The notes under the pieces are model-generated. The model saw nothing but the letters and a program-made list of their open reading frames with translations. It searched no databases and was not told where the DNA came from. The position numbers and the translations under genes were made by a program. From NCBI GenBank assembly GCA_963810095.1, contig CAWEMM010000011.1:224001-288000 (forward strand): a stretch of DNA of 64,000 bases, written 5' to 3'. Positions 43,414 through 54,361 of this stretch are shown one piece after another (positions within the stretch are counted from its first letter, which is position 1; each line of letters starts with the position of its first letter). The stretch is from an uncultured Chloroflexia bacterium. Lineage in GTDB: Bacteria; Chloroflexota; Anaerolineae; CG2-30-64-16.

Positions 43414-45752
43414 ATGACCACAACTACAACAACCATCCCCGTGCAGCACGTGGAGGCACCCCCGGCGAACACGCCCGCCGAACGTCTCGCCCGTGGCGGC
43501 GGCTGGTGGACCTTAGTCCTCGCCCTGATCATGCTCCTTGCCGTTACAGAAAGCCTGAATGCGGCCGCCTGGAGCGAGGGGCTGGAGGTCGTTCGATTGG
43601 CGGTGCTGGGCGGCGCGCTGCTCAGCTTCATGTTGGCACTGACACGCTGGGATGGCCCGTTTCCCGTCGTTTATGGCATCCTCGCCAGCATTGTCTGGAT
43701 TGCCACCCTGTTCACACAGCTCGTCTTTCAGCACCTGGGCTGGCGCGAGGGTGCGCTCGAGCTCTTCCAACGGAATGTAAACTGGGTTCGGGCGCTCATG
43801 GAGGGCACCTCGGGCGCGGACAACCTGATCTTCGTAACCCAGCTCAGTTTTCTCGGGTGGTGGATCGGCTACCTCGCAATCTGGAGCCTGTTCCGGCACC
43901 AGCGCCTGCTCAGCGCCATCATTCCTGCGGGCGTCGCATTGGTCGTCAACGCCTACTACTCGACGAGTAGCATGACCGGGTACCTGGTTCTGTATGCGGG
44001 GGCGGTCCTCATGCTGGCCATCCGCGTCGAGTTGGCGCGCAACGAGACGCGGTGGCAGATGACGCGCGTCCGGTATGCGCCGGACATTACCCTGGACTTC
44101 CTCAAGGCGGGGGCGGCGTTCAGCGCGCTCGTGCTGATCCTGGCCTGGTCGCTGCCCGACGTCAGCCAGAGCCTGACGGTCGAGCGCATCATGCGTCCGT
44201 TCGAGGCGCCGTGGCACCGGGTCGAAGACACGTGGAACCGGATGTACAAGTCGCTCAACTACTCGCGCTCGGCGGCTTCGGTCGCCTCGTTCGGGAAATC
44301 GATGAGCTTCGGCGGCCCGGTGAGCCTGACCGACCGGCCGATCTTCGATGCTCAGACCCCCGAGCGCAATTACTGGCGGGCGGCAGTCTATGACGAATAC
44401 ACGAGCGATGGCTGGCAGAACACCGCCGCTGACGTCGCCGTCGTAGACAGCAATGAGGCATTGCGCGAGCCGCTCGCCCGGCGACGACCCAGATCACGAC
44501 CACCGTTTACCCGCTGGAGCAGGGGCAAGAGCTGATCTTTGCGCCCCCCCAGCCGCTGCGGGTGAGTATCCCCGTCAACGCCGACCTGCGGCTGGTGCCA
44601 AATCCGGGTAAGCCGAACGAGCCACTGCGCTCGATCTCGCTGCTGCGGAGCCGGGTGCGGGTGGACGCCCAGACCGGTTACCAGGTCGTGTCGGCCGTCA
44701 GCGACGCGTCGCCCGACAAGCTGCGCGCGGACAGCACGGACTATCCCGAGTGGATCAAGCAACAGTACCTCCAACTGCCCGACAGCGTGTCGGCGCGGGT
44801 GAAGGACCTGGCAGCCAAGACCGTGGCGAACGTGGACAACCCGTATGACAAGGCCGACGCGATCGAGTCGCTTTTGCGGACATACACGTACAACCAGGGC
44901 ATCGCCGCCCCGCCGGCCGGCCAGGATGGGGTCGACTACTTCCTGTTTGACGTGAAGGAAGGGTACTGCGACTACTACGCCAGCGCGATGGTGGTGATGC
45001 TGCGCTCGGTGGGGGTGCCGGCCAGGTTCGCCGTGGGGTATACGCCTGGGCAGTTGAAGCAGCAGAACGAACAGAACGACGAGGCCCCGCTCTACCGCGT
45101 GCTCGAACGCAACGCGCACGCTTGGCCCGAGGTGTACTTCCCCGCTTACGGCTGGATCCAGTTCGAGCCCACCGCGTCCGAGCCGCTGATCTCCCGGCCC
45201 GCGCCCGAGATTCAGGACAAGCTCGACGCCGGCTTGGTGCCCGACCCGGGCCAGCAGGCGCACAATACCGAAGAGGACATGCCCAACGTGCCGGAAGGCC
45301 AAATGCCGGCCAACATCCAGACGCCCAGCGCGTTCGTAAACTGGCTGCGCGGGAACTGGGGCTGGTTAGCGGCCTTGGTGGTCGTTGGTGCGGGAGCCAT
45401 TGCGGCGTGGCGTTACCTGAAGTGGCGGCAAATTGACCTGTTCCGCGATTCGCAGGTGCTTGGCCGGTTGTTCGGGCTGCTCGGCCTGTGGGCCCAGCGC
45501 CTGCACGTGCCGTGGCGGGCCAGCCAGACGCCGCTGGAGCGGGCCGCCGAGTTCAACGCCCGCCTGCCCGAGGCAGCGCCGGCCGTCGACACCATTGCGA
45601 CCCTCTTCATCGCCCAGCAGTACGGTCGCCAGGACCCGCCGCCGGATTCAATCCAGCACCTTGCGCGTTACTGGCAGCAACTGCAGCCGCGGCTGTGGCG
45701 GCAGTGGGTGGTGGCCCAGGTGCGGGGGCCGGGCCGCCAGGCCGATAAGTAA
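43414..45752 (+). CDS. membrane transglutaminase-like protein (TgpA-like); frameshifts near 44480-44520
   Basis: YWRAAVYD, GYCDYYASAMVVMLR, AHAWPEVY..GWIQFEPT, QTPLE. Confidence 0.87.
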
Positions 45753-45765
45753 GGTGGACGCCTAA

Positions 45766-45837
45766 GCACAAAGACACCAGGACACAGAGAACCGCGAAGC
45801 ACGTTCTTCGAGGTTCTCGTGTCCTGGTGTCTTCGCG
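45766..45837. repeat. REP-like family B copy
   Basis: CACAAAGACACCAGGACACAGAG...CTCGTGTCCTGGTGTCTTCGCG between convergent genes. Confidence 0.7.
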
Positions 45838-45850
45838 ACGAGGTAACCTA

Positions 45851-46591
45851 CTACTGCCCCTTCAGCGTCTTAAGTTGCTTGCGCGCCTCGTCCATGGCCG
45901 TCGGGTCCTGTGCGGTGCCCAGCGCCAGGAACTTTTCGAACGCAGCAATGGCTTCCGCCTTCTTCCCCTGCAGGTTGTACAGCGCACCCAGCCCGTAATA
46001 CACCTCGGCGAGTCCGGGCTGCGCGGCCTTGGCCCGGTTCAGGAGGGTTTCGGCGTCCGACAGCTGGTTGTTCTGGATGTGCACCGCGGCCAACAAGTAG
46101 AGCGTGGGAGCATCATCCGGCTTCAACTTCAGAGCCGCGTTGAACTCGTCCTCCGCCTTCTTCATCTGGCCCTGCTGGTAGTACACCACGCCCAGGTTCG
46201 AGTGTGCAGAGGTGAGGTTAGGGTCGACGGCGAGCGCAGCCCGGTAGGCCGTTTCCGCCTCCGCCAGCCGGCCCTGCCGGAAGTAGACGTTGCCGAGGCC
46301 AAACTGGGCCTGGGCCGAGTTTCGGTCTGCGGCCGCGGCCTGTTTGAACAATCGCTCGGCGTCGGGCATTCTTCCCGCATCCAGCGCCACCTGCCCCTGC
46401 TTGACGAGGTCTTGGGCATTCCCCACCGGCATGGGGGTGCCCGCCCGCTGCGGCGGCAGCACGGTGGGCGCCGTCGAGCCGGCGGCTGGCCGCGTTTCGG
46501 GCGCGCCCGCCCCGCACGCCCCAAGCACAATGATCACCACCGTCATGACAATGAGGAGGGTCGCCCGCCTCCCCCGTATCACTCCATTCAT
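45851..46591 (-). CDS. tetratricopeptide repeat lipoprotein
   Basis: Lipobox LGAC; repeated AQFGLGNVY/AHSNLGVVY/VYYGLGALY TPRs. Confidence 0.88.
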   Translation of the reverse strand: MNGVIRGRRATLLIVMTVVIIVLGACGAGAPETRPAAGSTAPTVLPPQRAGTPMPVGNAQDLVKQGQVALDAGRMPDAERLFKQAAAADRNSAQAQFGLGNVYFRQGRLAEAETAYRAALAVDPNLTSAHSNLGVVYYQQGQMKKAEDEFNAALKLKPDDAPTLYLLAAVHIQNNQLSDAETLLNRAKAAQPGLAEVYYGLGALYNLQGKKAEAIAAFEKFLALGTAQDPTAMDEARKQLKTLKGQ

Positions 46592-46626
46592 AGCCTGCCC
46601 CTGCTCAATGCTACCCCTGCTCGATG

Positions 46627-47271
46627 CTACGCCTGTTTGCACTCGAGCACGATCACTTGCGTCTGCTCGGGCAGTGCGCTGCGGCTGACTCGCAGCGACT
46701 CCTGCGGCTCGTGTTCGGTCACGCCCATTTCCTTGAGGAACTTCGCCAGGGGGTCGAGCTTGAGCGTCGTGTACTGCGTGAGGTAGTGCATCGGTACGAC
46801 GATGCGCGGCTCGAGCTGAGCAATGACCTCGGCAGCCTTATCCGCGTCCAGGGCGCCGCCGCCCCCTACTGGCACCAGGAGCACGTCGACGTCGGGCATG
46901 GATTCTACCTGCGCCTGCGTCAGCACCTTGCTCAGGTCGCCCAGGTGGCACACCGTCATCTCGCCAAACTCGAACACAAAAACCGTGTTCTCTTCCTTCG
47001 CCTCGCCCTTAACGGCCGAACCACGCCAGGTCTGGATGCCCGTTACGAAGACGCCCTTGATCTCGTACTCTCCCGGCCGCGTCAAAACTTTCGGATCGCC
47101 CTTCACCCCCGCGCCGTTCGAATGGCCCGGCGCGTCGTGGCTGATCGTCACGAAGTCGGCCCGCAGCTTGGGCACCGAGTAGCCGATGCTCTTGTCATAC
47201 GGGTCCGTGACGACTGTCACGGCGCCCTCTTTGATGCGGAAACAAGACTGGCCAAACCAATCAATATCCAC
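46627..47271 (-). CDS. MBL-fold metallo-hydrolase (Lactamase_B_3-like)
   Basis: WFGQSCF, TISHDAPGH, HLGDL, PMHY. Confidence 0.9.
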   Translation of the reverse strand: MDIDWFGQSCFRIKEGAVTVVTDPYDKSIGYSVPKLRADFVTISHDAPGHSNGAGVKGDPKVLTRPGEYEIKGVFVTGIQTWRGSAVKGEAKEENTVFVFEFGEMTVCHLGDLSKVLTQAQVESMPDVDVLLVPVGGGGALDADKAAEVIAQLEPRIVVPMHYLTQYTTLKLDPLAKFLKEMGVTEHEPQESLRVSRSALPEQTQVIVLECKQA

Positions 47272-47424
47272 TAGGATTGCTCCCTTCTTTCGGTGTTACG
47301 GGTTGATTATACCCGTGAGGGGTCACTTTGGACAAGGCTTCACCGCCCTCGTCCCAACCGCCCCCGGCTGAGGCCGGCAGCGCTCAGACCGACGGCATTG
47401 CCACGACGAATGATTTTTGGGGTC

Positions 47425-47453
47425 TGGACAACGAAAAGAATATAGTGTATAGT
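47425..47453 (+). promoter_or_regulatory. sigma70-type promoter of the amidase gene
   Basis: TGGACA-17 nt-TATAGT. Confidence 0.55.
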
Positions 47454-47507
47454 AGTCAACAGGTAAATATTGCTGTGGTTTTGCACAGCCAGGCTAAAGG
47501 AGCGCCC

Positions 47508-49914
47508 ATGGCGAGGCCTTTGAACGACTCACCCTACCTGTACGGACTGCATGACCCGGGCGGCGAGCAGTTGATGGCCCAGGCCGGCGCGCGTGGCTGG
47601 ATCCTGTTCACGGAGGAGTTGGGCGCCGATCCCAACAACCGCCGCGGCGTGGACTACAGCCGCTGGGCGAACGACGGCTTTGGCATCATCGTCCGGCTGA
47701 ACCACGGCTACGAGCCGAACGGCACCTTGCCGCGCGCCAGCCGCTACCGGGACTTCAGCCGCCGGGTAGCGAACTTCGTCGCGGGCTCGGCCGGCTGCCA
47801 CATCTGGATTATCGGCAACGAGATGAACTTCTCCGTCGAGCGCCCGGGCGGCGAGGCGATCCTGCCGAAAATGTACGCCTCGTGCTACACGCTCTGCCGC
47901 AACGCCATCAAGGCACTCGCTGGCCACGGCGCGGACCAGGTGATTACGGGCGCGGTGGCGCCGTGGAACGTGCAGACCGCGTACGATGGCAATCCGTCGG
48001 GTGATTGGGTGCGATACCAATCGGACCTATTGAGCGAGTTAGGGCCCTTGGGGTGTGACGGGATCGCCATTCACGCCTACACCCACGGCTCGGATCCCAG
48101 CCTGATCCACACGGACCGCTACATGGATCCCCCCTTCGCCAACCGGCAGTACAACTTCCGGGTCTACCAGGACCTGATGCAGGGCATCCCGCTCGCCATG
48201 CGCCACTTGCCGGTCTACCTCACGGAGGTGGATCAGAACGACGCGTGGCAGAACGTGAACCGAGGCTGGATCCAGCGGGCTTACGGGGAAATCGACTGGT
48301 GGAACCGCCAGCCGGAGACCCAAGTCATCCGCGCCGTGATCCTTTACCGCTGGCCCAACATCGACCGGTGGGGGCTCGAAGGGAAGACTGCGCTGTACGA
48401 GGACTTTCGGCAGGCAATGTCACACAAATACAACTGGGAGGCCGCGATGACCAGCAAGCCGTCCGCCCCGCCGCCGAGTGCAGGCGGCGTTGCTCAGCCC
48501 GAATTTGTCGATATCACCAACCAGTTGTCGCGCGATCCCGGCGGCTTCGTAAAGCGCACGCGCGGCGACATCAAGACGATCGTCATCAACCACACGGGCG
48601 TGCGCCCCGAGATCGGCGCGGACCGGGTGGCCACCGCGCAGCGACAGCGCTGGCCCGGCATCCTGAGCCAGTTCTTTATCACTGGCGACGGCAAAATCCA
48701 GCGCACCGAACCTGACCTCGAGGCTGTGAGTAAGGACCAGGCGTGGATCTTCAACGGCCTCAACATCTATGTCGCAGGCAATTTCGACGCCACGGTGCCA
48801 AGCGACGGGCAGATGGCCGCGCTGGCCCACCTGTGTGCGTGGCTGCTCGACCAGTACGACTTGAAGGCCGACGCCTTGAAGGGCGTCAGCGAGTTTATCG
48901 AGACCCATTCGCCCGGCCTGCAGTGGCTGACCGGCGCCCGGTGGAAGGACAAGCTCATGACACTCATCGCCGCCGTGCCGGGCTCGCCCACGGGTTCGGA
49001 CGACCAGTTGGTCCAGCAGCTGCGGGCCGAGATCACGCAGGCTTAACACCCAGGTGCAGACGCTGACCGCGCAGGTGGGCGCTCTCACGGACCAGGCGAA
49101 CCAACTCGTCACGGATAAGGCCGCGCTGGCTAAGGAGCTTGACGCACTGAAGGCGGCGAACGCCGCGCTCCTGCTGCAGGTCAAGAACCTGACAGACGCC
49201 AACGCCAGCCTGAAGGCGCAGCTCAAGACAGCAGACACCGAAAAGCAGGCGCTGCAGAAACGGATTGCGGAGCTGGAGGCGAAAATCGCGGAGCTGACCG
49301 GGGGCAGCAGCCAGGTTGCCGCGCCGCCCATCCGCAACGTCGTAGACACCCTGCCCAAGCATCCCACCGACCGGTACGCCACGCGTACCCTCGACAAGAT
49401 CACCGCGCTTGCCATCCATCACAGCGCCGCGGCGGGAGACATCCCGCCCCAGAATGTCGCCGCCTACCATGTGCGCCGTGATTGGCCCGGCATGGGGTAT
49501 CACTTCTACATCATGGGTGACGGGACGATCTACCAGTGCAATAACCTGGAATCGATCTCATACCATTCGGGCTACGCCAACACCTATTCGGTGGGCATCT
49601 GCCTCGCGGGGCGCTTCATGGACGGCGCACTGCCGCCCGACAAGCAGCTTGCGGCGGCCACACAGCTCGTGGCGTACCTTTCGAAGAAGCTCAACGTGAA
49701 GCTCGAAAACGTCAAGGGACACAAGGAACTGCCCCAGACGCAGACGGCCTGTCCGGGCGCGGACTGGATCACCGGACAGCGCTGGAAGGATAGGTTCCTC
49801 GCACAGGTCAGAGTCCAGGCTCGGCTAGTTGGGCCACCCCACGCCTGGTTCCTGCGGGCGGGCGAACTGCCTGGGAGGAACCAGGCGTTTGCGCGCCTAC
49901 TGCCCGAGGAGTAA
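47508..49914 (+). CDS. multidomain N-acetylmuramoyl-L-alanine amidase (GH-like domain, degenerate Amidase_2, coiled coil, Amidase_2); frameshift near 49042
   Basis: IGNEMN/HAY/TE GH-A-like motifs; IVINHT..HSPG; heptad coiled coil; AIHHS, GYHF, GHKE, TACPG. Confidence 0.8.
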
Positions 49915-50046
49915 GATGCAGTAAACAGACAGGGGCGAGACCGTGAGCGCCGGGCCGAGCCGTTTGGCGTCGTGGAGTGGGGTGGTACGGGCGAACCAAG
50001 AAGCTGGCTAATGGCGATGGATGGGGTGGACAGGAGGTGGGCGAAG

Positions 50047-50532
50047 ATGACTGAGTTTGCGACGATCGGCGTGTATGGTTGGGATGAGCACCGGTTCTTC
50101 GATGCGATCCGGGCTGCCGGCGTCGACCTGTTGGTCGATATCCGCCGGCGCAGGGGCGTGCGCGGGTCGGAGTACACGTTTGCCAACAGCGCGCGCCTTC
50201 AAGCGACGCTCGCCGAGCTCGGCATTTGTTACCTGCACCGGATAGACCTGTCGCCGTCTGACGCGGTCCGCAAGGCCCAGGGCCAGGTGGACCAGGAAGA
50301 ACACGTGGCGCGGCGCCATCGTGCGGAACTGAGCGACGCGTTCAAGCAAGCCTATCGGAAAGAGGTATTGGACCACTTTGACAGCCGGCAGTTCGTGGCC
50401 GAGCTTGGGCCCGAGACCAAGTGCGCCGTGCTGCTCTGCGTCGAGAGCGAGCCGTCCGCGTGCCACCGCGGGCTGCTCGCCGAGCGGTTGGAGCAAGACC
50501 TCGGCGTCAAAGTCACGCATCTGACGCCCTGA
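50047..50532 (+). CDS. DUF488 family protein
   Basis: TIG, LVDIRR, LLCVESEPSACHR. Confidence 0.85.
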   Translation: MTEFATIGVYGWDEHRFFDAIRAAGVDLLVDIRRRRGVRGSEYTFANSARLQATLAELGICYLHRIDLSPSDAVRKAQGQVDQEEHVARRHRAELSDAFKQAYRKEVLDHFDSRQFVAELGPETKCAVLLCVESEPSACHRGLLAERLEQDLGVKVTHLTP

Positions 50533-50541
50533 ACCGATTTG

Positions 50542-50639
50542 ATATAGGACGCCGATACAACTGATTTAGCTGATCCGGACCGTCCTTTGGTAAATGATCG
50601 TGATCATCGGTCCGATCCGTTCAATCAGTGTCCTATTTC
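50542..50639. repeat. REP-like family A copy
   Basis: ATAGGACGCCGATACAACTGATTTAGCTGAT...TCCGATCCGTTCAATCAGTGTCCTAT. Confidence 0.85.
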
Positions 50640-50766
50640 GCCCCCCGAGGCATCTTCGCAACCGGCAGCAGGCCCATCCGTATTATCGAGCAGGACGGGA
50701 CGATGTGTCATGTCCGGTTACGTAGCGCACCACGCGGGCAAGGCCCGCGGCCCACAGACTGCAGGA

Positions 50767-52485
50767 ATGTCAGCGGCAATGAAAGAAGATAGCGAATTCG
50801 CAGAACTGGCGCCCTGGCTGGTGCTGGTCGTTACGCTGATCGGTGCCGTGGTGCGCGTCTTGCTGCTCGGTGGCAAGGGGATGTGGCTCGACGAAACGTT
50901 CAGCGTCTGGCTGGCCAACCACCCTCTTGGCGATCTGCTCCACTGGACCGCCACGATTGACCAGCATCCGCCCCTCTACTATCTGCTGCTCCACTACTGG
51001 ATGGCGCTTACCGGCGACTCGCCGTCCGACGTCCGCCTGCTCTCCGTCGTGTTTGGCACGGCGACGATCCCGGTTATCTACCTGATCGGCAAACGCATGT
51101 CGGGCGCAGTCGTGGGAGTTGCCGCGGCCGTTCTACTCGCCTTCTCTCCCTTCAACATCCGCTTCGCGGAGGAAACGCGCATGTATACCCTCCTGACCTT
51201 CAATGCGGCGGTCGCGATGTACGCCCTGGTCAGGCTGCTGACCGATCCCCGAGCGACAAGCCCCATTGGCAGCCAGTTCCGGGAATACGTGCGCGCCTGG
51301 CGCACCGCCGGGCCCGTGGAACCCGCCGGCGAAAAGAACTTCAGCTACAGGGAAGCCGGCCGAACTCAGACTGGCTGGCGGGGCTGGGTCGGCCGTCACA
51401 CGTGGTCGCCCATCCAGACCGTCGAGACCGATCTGGCGTGGATTGCCTTCGTTGCCTTCTCGGCCACGACCATGCTCACCCACAACACGGCGGTCTTTTT
51501 CGTCCTGGCCACAAACGTCTTCGTGCTCGGCCTGCTGCTCTACCGGCGGCCTAGAAGAGCGGGGGCGCCGTCACAAATCAGCTCGCCCGCGTTCCGGGCG
51601 CCGTCCCTGGGAAACTGGGTGAAGGCACAAATTGCCATCCTGGTCTTGTGGAGCCCCTGGCTGGTGGCCTTCACCAGGCAGGCCACGGGCGTCTACCGTG
51701 AGTTCTGGATTCCGGCGCCGGACTGGGACGTCCTTGTCCAGGCGGTGCAGTCCTTGCTGAATGCTTCGACGCCGGTACCGGGCCAGGCGAACGAGCTGGC
51801 GTTCGTGTGGGCTCTGTTCGCGCTGGTGCTCGTTCTGGGCGTGCTGTACTTCCGGAAGCATGCCTCACAGTTCATGTTCCTCGCCGCCCTGATCGCCACC
51901 CCGATCGTGGGCGAGTTGGTCGTGAGCCTGCGCCGGCCGATCTTCTACGATCGAACCCTGATCTGGGTGTCGATCCCACTGCTGCTGTGGCTGGGGGCCG
52001 GCATTGCCCAACTGAGATTTCGTCCCCTCATGATCCTGGCGCTGGTGATTCTCGGATCACTCAACGTGTTCTCCGCCAGCGACTATTTCCGATTCATGCA
52101 AAAGGAAAACTGGAGCGACGCGGCGGGCTATGTGGCCAATTTTGCGCAGAAGGATGACCTGGTCCTGTTCAATGCCGGTTGGGTGCAAATCCCGTTCGAC
52201 TACTACTTCCAGGACTTCGAAGCGCAGTACGGTGTCCAGGTGGAGAAACGTGGGGCGCCTGCCGATATGTTCGAGCGGGGGGTTCTGGAGCCCAAGATGA
52301 CAGAGAGCGACGTCCCCAGGCTTGCCGCCTTACTGAACGGGCGCAAGCGCGCTTGGCTGGTCTACAGCCACAATTCCTATACCGATCCAGAGGGATTAGT
52401 CCCGCAAACCCTGGCTGCGACCATGAAGCTGACGCAACAGCGCCCGTTTTATGGGGGGCAGGTTCAACTGTACGAGGCGCCCTGA
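50767..52485 (+). CDS. GT39/PMT-like (GT-C) membrane glycosyltransferase
   Basis: WLDE, DQHPPLYY, EETRMY, multi-TM; start uncertain. Confidence 0.87.
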   Translation: MSAAMKEDSEFAELAPWLVLVVTLIGAVVRVLLLGGKGMWLDETFSVWLANHPLGDLLHWTATIDQHPPLYYLLLHYWMALTGDSPSDVRLLSVVFGTATIPVIYLIGKRMSGAVVGVAAAVLLAFSPFNIRFAEETRMYTLLTFNAAVAMYALVRLLTDPRATSPIGSQFREYVRAWRTAGPVEPAGEKNFSYREAGRTQTGWRGWVGRHTWSPIQTVETDLAWIAFVAFSATTMLTHNTAVFFVLATNVFVLGLLLYRRPRRAGAPSQISSPAFRAPSLGNWVKAQIAILVLWSPWLVAFTRQATGVYREFWIPAPDWDVLVQAVQSLLNASTPVPGQANELAFVWALFALVLVLGVLYFRKHASQFMFLAALIATPIVGELVVSLRRPIFYDRTLIWVSIPLLLWLGAGIAQLRFRPLMILALVILGSLNVFSASDYFRFMQKENWSDAAGYVANFAQKDDLVLFNAGWVQIPFDYYFQDFEAQYGVQVEKRGAPADMFERGVLEPKMTESDVPRLAALLNGRKRAWLVYSHNSYTDPEGLVPQTLAATMKLTQQRPFYGGQVQLYEAP

Positions 52486-52569
52486 GCCCGTACTGCACCT
52501 TCATTTGCCCGCACCCTTTCCGCCGACTATACTGTTACGCACAACATCCCACTCGACGACGAGGCGTGC

Positions 52570-54359
52570 ATGTGCGGTATTTTCGGCATCGTGACAAACA
52601 AAGAACAGCCGCTCGGCGAACTCCTGACGGATGCCGGGCGGCGTCTTTCGTACCGGGGCTATGACTCGGTGGGCGCTGCGACGATCCACTCGGACGGCGC
52701 GATCGACCTGCGAAAGGACGTCGGCAAGGTCGACGCAGTGGCGGCCCGCCACCACTTCTCAGAGATGACCGGCACGCGCGGCATCGTGCAGCTCCGGTGG
52801 GCGACCTTCGGCAACCCCTCGCAGGCCAATTCCCAGCCTCACCTCGACTCAGACGGCGACCTGGTGGGTGCTCACAACGGCAACGTGGTCAACAACGTCG
52901 AACTGCGCCGCCAGTTTGTGGCCGAGGGTATGGTGGTTCGCTCGGAGAACGACGGCGAGTCGTGTGTGCACGCGGTCGAGCGCTACGTCGACCGCGGGCT
53001 GGAGATGGTCGAGGCGATCCGGTGCGCATACTCCGACCTGCACGGCGACTACGCCTTTGTGATCGGCCACGTGAGCGAGGATTGCCTGCACGCGCTCAAG
53101 AAGGGCTCCGGGCTCGTCGTCGGCCTGGGCGATGGGTTCACCGTCGTTTCTTCAGACATGCCCTCGGTTCTGCCTCTGACCCGGAAGATTCTCCGTGTGC
53201 GCGACGGCGAGATCGTGACGTTCCGGGCCGACGCGCGGCAATTCACCGGGTCTCGGACGGCGCGCTGGTCGAGCGCGAGGCTGAGACGGTGACTGAGACC
53301 ATGGAGGCCGCGGCCAAGGGCGGCTATCCCCACTTCATGCTCAAGGAAATTTACGAGCAGCCAAAGCTGGCCGGCGACCTGCTCCACTTGCTCGACGAGA
53401 AGGCCGACGTGGGCGAGATCGCGCAGGCCCTCACGGCCGCTCGCCATCTCTACTTTGTCGGCTGCGGCACCAGCTACCACGCGTGCATGTTGGGCGCGCT
53501 CTACGTGGCCCGGCTGGCGGGCCGGCCCGCGATCCCGATCCTCGCGCCGCAGTTCATCGCCCAGTACGGCCCTACCCTCGGGCCGGGCGACGTGGCCGTG
53601 TTCGTCAGCCAGAGTGGGGAAACCAAGGACGTGCTGCTGGCGCTGGAGGCGGCACAGGCTCGGGGGGCGACCGCTTTCGGCATGGTAAACGTCATCGGCT
53701 CCACCCTGATGATCCAGTCCGAGCGCCACATCCCGCTGGCCTGCGGGTATGAGATCAGCGTTCCGGCGACCAAGACCTTCCTCAATCAGTGCATCGCGTT
53801 CCTCTACACGGCCATGCGCATGGGCGGGCACGACACGAGCGCGCTGCACGCCCTGCCCGGGCTCATTCAGCAGACGCTCGAAGTCGTCGACGGGCCGGTC
53901 GCAGCCCTGTCGACCGCTCTGATTCCCCAGGATGACTTGTACTGCTTGGGTTACGGGCTCACCTACCCCATCGCGCTCGAGGGCGCACTCAAGTTCAAGG
54001 AAATCACCTACGCGGACTGCGAGGGCATCCTGTCGACAGAGTTCAAGCACGGGCCGCTGTCCGCGGTGCATGAGGGCTACCCCGTGCTGTTCGTCGCCGG
54101 CTCGGAGGACTCGGCCGTGTTGGTCAGCGGGATCAACGAGGTGACCTGCCGCGGCGGTCGGGCCATCGCGTTCGGCGAGGATGACAGCCGGCTGCACAAC
54201 AACGCGTCCAGCCTGATCGTCATCCCCCCGAGCGACGCGCACTTCAACCCAATCCTCGCGGTGCTGCCGCTGCAGTTGCTGTCCTACCGGGTCAGCGTCG
54301 GGCGCGGCTACGACCCGGACTTTCCGCGGAATCTCAGCAAGACGTTGACGGTGGATTAG
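52570..54359 (+). CDS. glmS: glutamine-fructose-6-phosphate transaminase; frameshift near 53240
   Basis: MCGIFG, RGYDS, RWAT, HNG, SQSGET, EGALKFKE, KHGP, PRNLSKTLTV. Confidence 0.93.
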
Positions 54360-54361
54360 TT

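Noticed and set aside
49822-49890. Hairpin ACGCCTGGTTCC..GGAACCAGGCGT in the amidase 3' end as an ncRNA
   Set aside because: It is a single instance with no promoter or terminator support; it could be a degenerate repeat.
52486-52569. glmS ribozyme
   Set aside because: The spacer is only ~84 nt and lacks recognisable ribozyme elements.
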